64,000 nt of DNA, from contig CBDEUK010000001.1 in the NCBI GenBank assembly GCA_965243205.1, positions 288,001-352,000 of the forward strand, in the 5' to 3' direction. This DNA comes from Gammaproteobacteria bacterium (GTDB lineage Bacteria > Pseudomonadota > Gammaproteobacteria > Eutrophobiales > Eutrophobiaceae). How positions within the stretch are numbered: position 1 is the stretch's first letter; each line of letters starts with the position of its first letter. Both the position numbers and the translations under genes were made by a program. The notes below the pieces were generated by a model. The model was not told the origin of the DNA and did no database searches. It saw nothing but the letters and a program-made list of their open reading frames with translations. Below are positions 59,012 through 64,000 of the stretch, in pieces.

Positions 59012-62000
59012 ATGTTCCTTAAATTATCGCAAAAACTACTACGTTTTTTCTTTTACTCTGCTGCAGCTATCATCATATGCATGGCCGTCGCATTGGCCGT
59101 GCTGCGCGTTGCCCTACCGGATTTAGGTAATTACAAATCGGATATCGAAAAATTTATCAGCAATGAAATGGGTTACCCTGTAGGAATCGATGATATTGAA
59201 GCCAAATGGGTAGGCTGGATTCCAAACCTTGATATCACAAATATCAAAATATTCGATAAAGATAAACAAAATTCCATAATTGCCTTCAAAGAAGCGCACA
59301 TAAAATTTGATTTGCTCAGCAGTGTCAGTCAAAAAACAATTATACCTAGCCATATCATGGTTAATGGAACATCGCTAACGTTTGCTCGTTTACGCGATGG
59401 TTCGATTATCATCGTTGAATCAGGAACCAATCTCTCAGAAGGAGGTGGAAATAATCAAGCTTTAACCAATTGGTTTAAACAACAAAATAACCTCATCATT
59501 GTCGATGCGAAACTCACATGGGTAGATCTACAAAACGACAATCCTCCAGTTACCTTTGAAAATACATTTATTGAGCTTAGTAGTGATTTAAATGGCATTT
59601 TAGCCAATGGAACAGCCGATTTGATCCAACATGATGAAATCGCTGCCTTTGATTTTAAAATTTCTATGACAGGAGATATTACGACACAAGATTGGTCGGG
59701 TAGTATCAGTTTAAATACAAATGATTTTGATATAAGCCAGATATTTGCTCAACAATCCCTTATCGATATCAACGTTGGTCGACAAAAAGGTAACGGTCAA
59801 TTAAATGCAAAGTTTGAATATGCAAAACTTAAACAACTAACCGCAGATATTCATTACGATGCTTTAGAATTTGGAGAAGCTAACAATATAACACAGCTTG
59901 AAGATTTCAATATTGATCTTGATATGCTTAGAACTACAAATAATCAATGGTTAGTTAATTTAGAGTTCCCTAAAAAACAAAGCGACGGTGTTAATGACCC
60001 CATCACTAAAATTTCTGCAACGGCTGGTTTTGAAAACGAGAATTTTTTAGATCTTAATATTAATTACCTGCCTTTATCTAAAATTTTTAACATCGTATCA
60101 ACAAGTAAAAATGTAAATTTATCGAACAGCAATGAATTATTATCTGATGCAAAGATATATGATATGCATATTCAATATCGAACATCTGATCAAACTTCAG
60201 AGCAACATTTTATAACTTTGACTTCTAATAATATCAGCCTCGATTCGAAAAAATTATACGATGAAGCAAAAACCTTAAAAGATATAAAAACTGACATAAT
60301 ATGGAATAACTCTTCTAAAGAACTACAAATAAATAATCTCAGCTTACAGACAGAAGATTTCCCTCTTTCATTAAAAGGTTCAGTAAAAACAATAGAGAAA
60401 AACTTTGTCGATCTTGAATTAAATATCGAACAATTAAATTTAAATGTTATACCTGACTATTTACCTAAAACAGCAAATGAACCATTAAAGGAGTGGGTTA
60501 ACCATGCTTTGGTCAATGGAACTGCGAATAAAATATTATTAACAATCAAAGGTGAATTAGCTAAATTTCCATTTCCTAATGATGAAAATGGCAAATTAAG
60601 ATTATCTGCCAAATTAAATGATGGAAAAATAAAATTTCATCCTGAATGGCCATTGATGGAAAATCTCGATGCCAATTTTAACTTGCAAGGGGTTGAATTA
60701 AAACTAGAAGCAGAAAAAGCAACTATCCTTGAAGCAAGTATAAATACGATTAAAGCAAAGATACCTGACATCCTTGAAGAAGATCCAAACTTATACGCCG
60801 CTGGGAATATGTCGAGTGATGGCAAAACACTCGTGAAATTTATCCAGCAAAGTCCATTAAAAAATCGGGAATCATTAAAAATTGTCGAGGAAATTAATTT
60901 AACTGGTCCTACTAAAATTGATTTGGATTTAAATATACCTTTATACCCTGAAGACTTAACTAAGATTGATGGAACGTTAGCTTTCCTTAATAATTCAATC
61001 TATTCTGAAGAATTAAAAATGCAAATGACCGATATGAAAGGTGATTTAAAATTCACCCGAAATTCGGTTACAGCAAAAAATATAAATGCAATATATTTCG
61101 ATAGAAATATAACTTTATCCATCCCTAAAGTAGCTGCTGAAGAATCTGAATATTTAATGATAGCAGGCAATTTAGATCAAAGTTTTTTACGCGAACAAAT
61201 TTCACATTACTCACCTCAAATTTTTGAAGACATTGCCCCTTATCTAAACTACTGGCAAGGACAAAGCCAATGGCAAGTAAAGTATAATCTTGATCCAAAA
61301 ATTGAAGATGATGTTTTATTATTACGTTCTGATCTTACAGGACTAGAATTAAACTACCCCGAACCTTTATACAAGGCAAAAACTTCTCTATTACCATTAA
61401 CAGTCGAAATACCCATCAAAAAAACGCAAGATAACCTATTTAAATTAAAGTTAGCTGAATTAGTGAAAGCCAACATTAATTATACACCTGGAAAAAATAG
61501 TGAACTGATTGAAATGCATGTTTTATTTGGTAATCAACCAAACATTATTTTTAATCCAAATAAAATTGAGTTGCGAGGCAATATGGAACAACTTGATCTT
61601 TCTGGTTGGTTAGATGTTGTGACTAAAGCCAATGAGCAACTGTCTGATTCTGACTTTGAACCAGACTCTCTATTTAATAATAAATATTCTGAAATTTCAG
61701 TTAATCAAGTTTTTCATGGCGGACAAACCTACAATAATGTACTTGCTAAAGTCACTCAAAAACAAGGTGATTGGAACGTACAAGTTGAATCAAATGATAT
61801 TGTTGGCACTATTAATGTCCCTGCTATTGGTGAACCTATCGACTTAAATTTATCAACATATAGGGTAGTTAAAAACTCAGAAACGACAGATGCTACTCAA
61901 TACTTATCACCTGAAGAATTTTCAATTTTTAATGCCTCTGTAGACAATTTTTATTACAACGATTCATTAATGGGTAAATTAATGATCACCTCTTCTCGCA

Positions 62001-62803
62001 CTAACAACGGAATCAATATTGATAGTTTAAGTTTAAAATCTGACAAAGTAAGTATCGATGGTTATGGTAAATGGTTAGGTACAAAACTCAACAATAATAC
62101 TGAACTACGATTAAATATCACTGCTGATACTATTAATGATATGCGAAGACAATTTCAATTTGACGAAACTACAATTGAAAATGGAAAATTAACTGTCGAC
62201 ATCAATAGCATATGGACTGGTTCACCTTTTGATTTTGAACTTGGAAATCTTAATGGAGATTTAAATTTATCAATAGAAAAAGGCACTATGTCTGATATTG
62301 ATCCTAAAGCAGGTAGGATATTTGGTTTACTCAGTATACAAAGTCTACCCCGAAGATTATCTTTAGATTTTTCTGATCTATTTGGCGAAGGATTACAATT
62401 CGATTCTATCAAAGGACATTTTTCTATTTCCGATGGTCAGGCATTCACCAATGATTTAACCATGATCGGCCCTTCTGCTAACGTTATGATCAATGGACGA
62501 ACTGGTTTAGTCGATCAAGACTATGATCAAACTGTGATTGTGACTCCACAAATTACTGGAAACTTACCGGTTGCTGGCGCAGTTTTTGGACCAATAGGAA
62601 TTGGACTTGGTGCAGCGATTCATTTTGCGGGTGAAATCTTTGAATCAATCCCTTCTAACATTAATAAAATATTAGAAATTCAATACACTATTACTGGAAG
62701 CTGGGACGATCCAATTATTGAAGAGTTTAAATCTGAAAAAACAGCTAATAACCAACCTTCTGGTCTATCATCACAAAGCATTAATCAAGCAATACAAAAG
62801 TAA
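59012..62803 (+). CDS. yhdP: AsmA-family intermembrane lipid transporter
   Basis: 1263 aa, N-terminal TM, GRIFGLLSIQSLPRRLSLDFSD, YTITGSWDDP; follows rng. Confidence 0.88.
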   Translation: MFLKLSQKLLRFFFYSAAAIIICMAVALAVLRVALPDLGNYKSDIEKFISNEMGYPVGIDDIEAKWVGWIPNLDITNIKIFDKDKQNSIIAFKEAHIKFDLLSSVSQKTIIPSHIMVNGTSLTFARLRDGSIIIVESGTNLSEGGGNNQALTNWFKQQNNLIIVDAKLTWVDLQNDNPPVTFENTFIELSSDLNGILANGTADLIQHDEIAAFDFKISMTGDITTQDWSGSISLNTNDFDISQIFAQQSLIDINVGRQKGNGQLNAKFEYAKLKQLTADIHYDALEFGEANNITQLEDFNIDLDMLRTTNNQWLVNLEFPKKQSDGVNDPITKISATAGFENENFLDLNINYLPLSKIFNIVSTSKNVNLSNSNELLSDAKIYDMHIQYRTSDQTSEQHFITLTSNNISLDSKKLYDEAKTLKDIKTDIIWNNSSKELQINNLSLQTEDFPLSLKGSVKTIEKNFVDLELNIEQLNLNVIPDYLPKTANEPLKEWVNHALVNGTANKILLTIKGELAKFPFPNDENGKLRLSAKLNDGKIKFHPEWPLMENLDANFNLQGVELKLEAEKATILEASINTIKAKIPDILEEDPNLYAAGNMSSDGKTLVKFIQQSPLKNRESLKIVEEINLTGPTKIDLDLNIPLYPEDLTKIDGTLAFLNNSIYSEELKMQMTDMKGDLKFTRNSVTAKNINAIYFDRNITLSIPKVAAEESEYLMIAGNLDQSFLREQISHYSPQIFEDIAPYLNYWQGQSQWQVKYNLDPKIEDDVLLLRSDLTGLELNYPEPLYKAKTSLLPLTVEIPIKKTQDNLFKLKLAELVKANINYTPGKNSELIEMHVLFGNQPNIIFNPNKIELRGNMEQLDLSGWLDVVTKANEQLSDSDFEPDSLFNNKYSEISVNQVFHGGQTYNNVLAKVTQKQGDWNVQVESNDIVGTINVPAIGEPIDLNLSTYRVVKNSETTDATQYLSPEEFSIFNASVDNFYYNDSLMGKLMITSSRTNNGINIDSLSLKSDKVSIDGYGKWLGTKLNNNTELRLNITADTINDMRRQFQFDETTIENGKLTVDINSIWTGSPFDFELGNLNGDLNLSIEKGTMSDIDPKAGRIFGLLSIQSLPRRLSLDFSDLFGEGLQFDSIKGHFSISDGQAFTNDLTMIGPSANVMINGRTGLVDQDYDQTVIVTPQITGNLPVAGAVFGPIGIGLGAAIHFAGEIFESIPSNINKILEIQYTITGSWDDPIIEEFKSEKTANNQPSGLSSQSINQAIQK

Positions 62804-62925
62804 ATTCTTCATTCGATTCTATCAGGCTCATAAGTTTTCTTTAATAATGCGAATACCCTTCGTGATTAATAAAAGTTATAATCAGCCGATAAAATATAAA
62901 ATCTAGATTTATAATATTTAAAACT

Positions 62926-63375
62926 ATGCAATGGAAACCCAATGTCACCGTCGCAGCGATAGCTCAAGATGAGCACGGTCGTTTTTTATGCGTCGAAGAA
63001 TATTCCAATGACAAATTAGTCTATAACCAACCTGCTGGGCATTTAGAACAAGGCGAAAGTTTAATAGAAGCGGTTGCTAGAGAAACCCTTGAGGAAACCG
63101 CGTATGAATTTGAACCTGAATTCATCACAGGAATATATATGTATCCAAACTCACGTAAAGAAATTACTTATTTACGTGTTTGTTTCTACGGCCAAGTAAA
63201 ACAACATTTTCCTGATCATCCATTAGACGAAGGTATCGTACAAACTAAATGGCTGAGTCGTGATGAATTATTAAAGGAACCTGAAAAACATCGCAGTGAT
63301 ATGATCATTCGTTGTATTGATGATTATCTTGCTGGAAAACAATTTCCCCTCGATTTAATTCACACCGCACTCTAA
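62926..63375 (+). CDS. nudJ: Nudix hydrolase
   Basis: [16 protein letters not shown], Nudix box [17 protein letters not shown]; precedes mnmA. Confidence 0.88.
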   Translation: MQWKPNVTVAAIAQDEHGRFLCVEEYSNDKLVYNQPAGHLEQGESLIEAVARETLEETAYEFEPEFITGIYMYPNSRKEITYLRVCFYGQVKQHFPDHPLDEGIVQTKWLSRDELLKEPEKHRSDMIIRCIDDYLAGKQFPLDLIHTAL

Positions 63376-63386
63376 TCTCTATATCA

Positions 63387-64000
63387 ATGACTGGAAAAAT
63401 TATCGTCGGCGTATCAGGCGGAGTAGACTCTTCAGTAACAGCCATGTTACTCAAACAACAAGGCTATGATGTCGAAGCTCTGTTCATGAAAAACTGGGTC
63501 GATGAAAACGAAGACGGCGGCTGTATGTGGGAAGCCGATGTTGAAGATGCCTTACAAGTTTGCGAAAAACTTGATATTCCTTTAAATACTGTCGATCTAT
63601 CCTCTAACTATTGGGATCGTGTATTTAAAAACTTTCTCTCTGAATATAAAAATGGTCGTACCCCAAATCCTGATGTTTTATGCAACCAAGAAATAAAATT
63701 CAATGCCTTCCTAGAACATGCTAAAGCATTAGGAGCAGAAAAAATCGCAACCGGTCATTATTCACGAATTGAAAATAACAATAATGAATATCAATTATTA
63801 AAAGGCTTAGATCAAAATAAAGACCAAAGCTATTTTCTCTGCCGCTTAACCCAAGAGCAATTAGCTCAATCAATGTTTCCAATTGGAGAATTACCCAAGC
63901 CCGAAGTTAGAAAACTCGCTGGACAAGCTCATTTGATTACACACGATAAAAAAGACAGTACGGGTATTTGTTTTATTGGCGAACAACCGTTTCGGCAATT
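63387..64000 (+). CDS. mnmA: tRNA 2-thiouridylase, partial (runs off the window; absent from the ORF track)
   Basis: Manual translation: [17 protein letters not shown]...FMKNW...[16 protein letters not shown]...ATGHY...KDQSYFL...[12 protein letters not shown]. Confidence 0.96.
   Translation, partial: MTGKIIVGVSGGVDSSVTAMLLKQQGYDVEALFMKNWVDENEDGGCMWEADVEDALQVCEKLDIPLNTVDLSSNYWDRVFKNFLSEYKNGRTPNPDVLCNQEIKFNAFLEHAKALGAEKIATGHYSRIENNNNEYQLLKGLDQNKDQSYFLCRLTQEQLAQSMFPIGELPKPEVRKLAGQAHLITHDKKDSTGICFIGEQPFRQ

Noticed and set aside
2848-62906. Many 60-100 aa alternate-frame or antisense ORFs in the ORF track (e.g. 11702-12007, 33079-33363, 50147-50380, 57177-57371, 62718-62906)
   Set aside because: They overlap well-supported genes and show no recognisable motifs; treated as shadow ORFs
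1-64000. CRISPR arrays, IS elements, prophage or defence genes
   Set aside because: No regularly spaced repeats, transposase, integrase, phage or nuclease motifs were seen, and intergenic gaps are all short

Overview
AT-rich gammaproteobacterial chromosome segment, almost entirely coding. No CRISPR array, IS element, integrase or rRNA was seen. Left to right: (1) 1-12.1 kb, an accessory island abutting flgL that looks like a flagellar glycan-modification locus. It carries a hexapeptide acyltransferase, AMP-ligase plus ACP, Gfo/Idh/MocA oxidoreductase, class III and DegT aminotransferases, two methyltransferases, a Baeyer-Villiger-type monooxygenase and an HMW1C/NGT-like GT41 protein glycosyltransferase, with back-to-back sigma54-like promoters resembling the flgB promoter. 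(2) 12.1-27 kb, polar-type flagellar cluster flgL-B, cheR, cheV, flgAMN and a YcgR-like brake, with readable sigma54, sigma28 and IHF sites. (3) A three-gene arsS arsenosugar-type cluster, tRNA-Arg(CCT), a cytochrome c, a glutamine amidotransferase, DUF2490 and DUF2189. (4) A DUF1302-DUF1329-YCF48-RND operon coupled to photolyase. (5) Two paralogous cytoplasmic Ser/Thr kinase-cNMP fusions flanking a CBS protein, a split-LysM-like membrane protein and pgi, which has a LexA-like box. (6) dxs divergent from hopanoid genes hpnH-hpnB-hpnM-vacJ, then a 17 kDa-type lipoprotein, glcDEF, rng-yhdP, nudJ and partial mnmA. All family calls come from motif recognition by eye; no database search was run.
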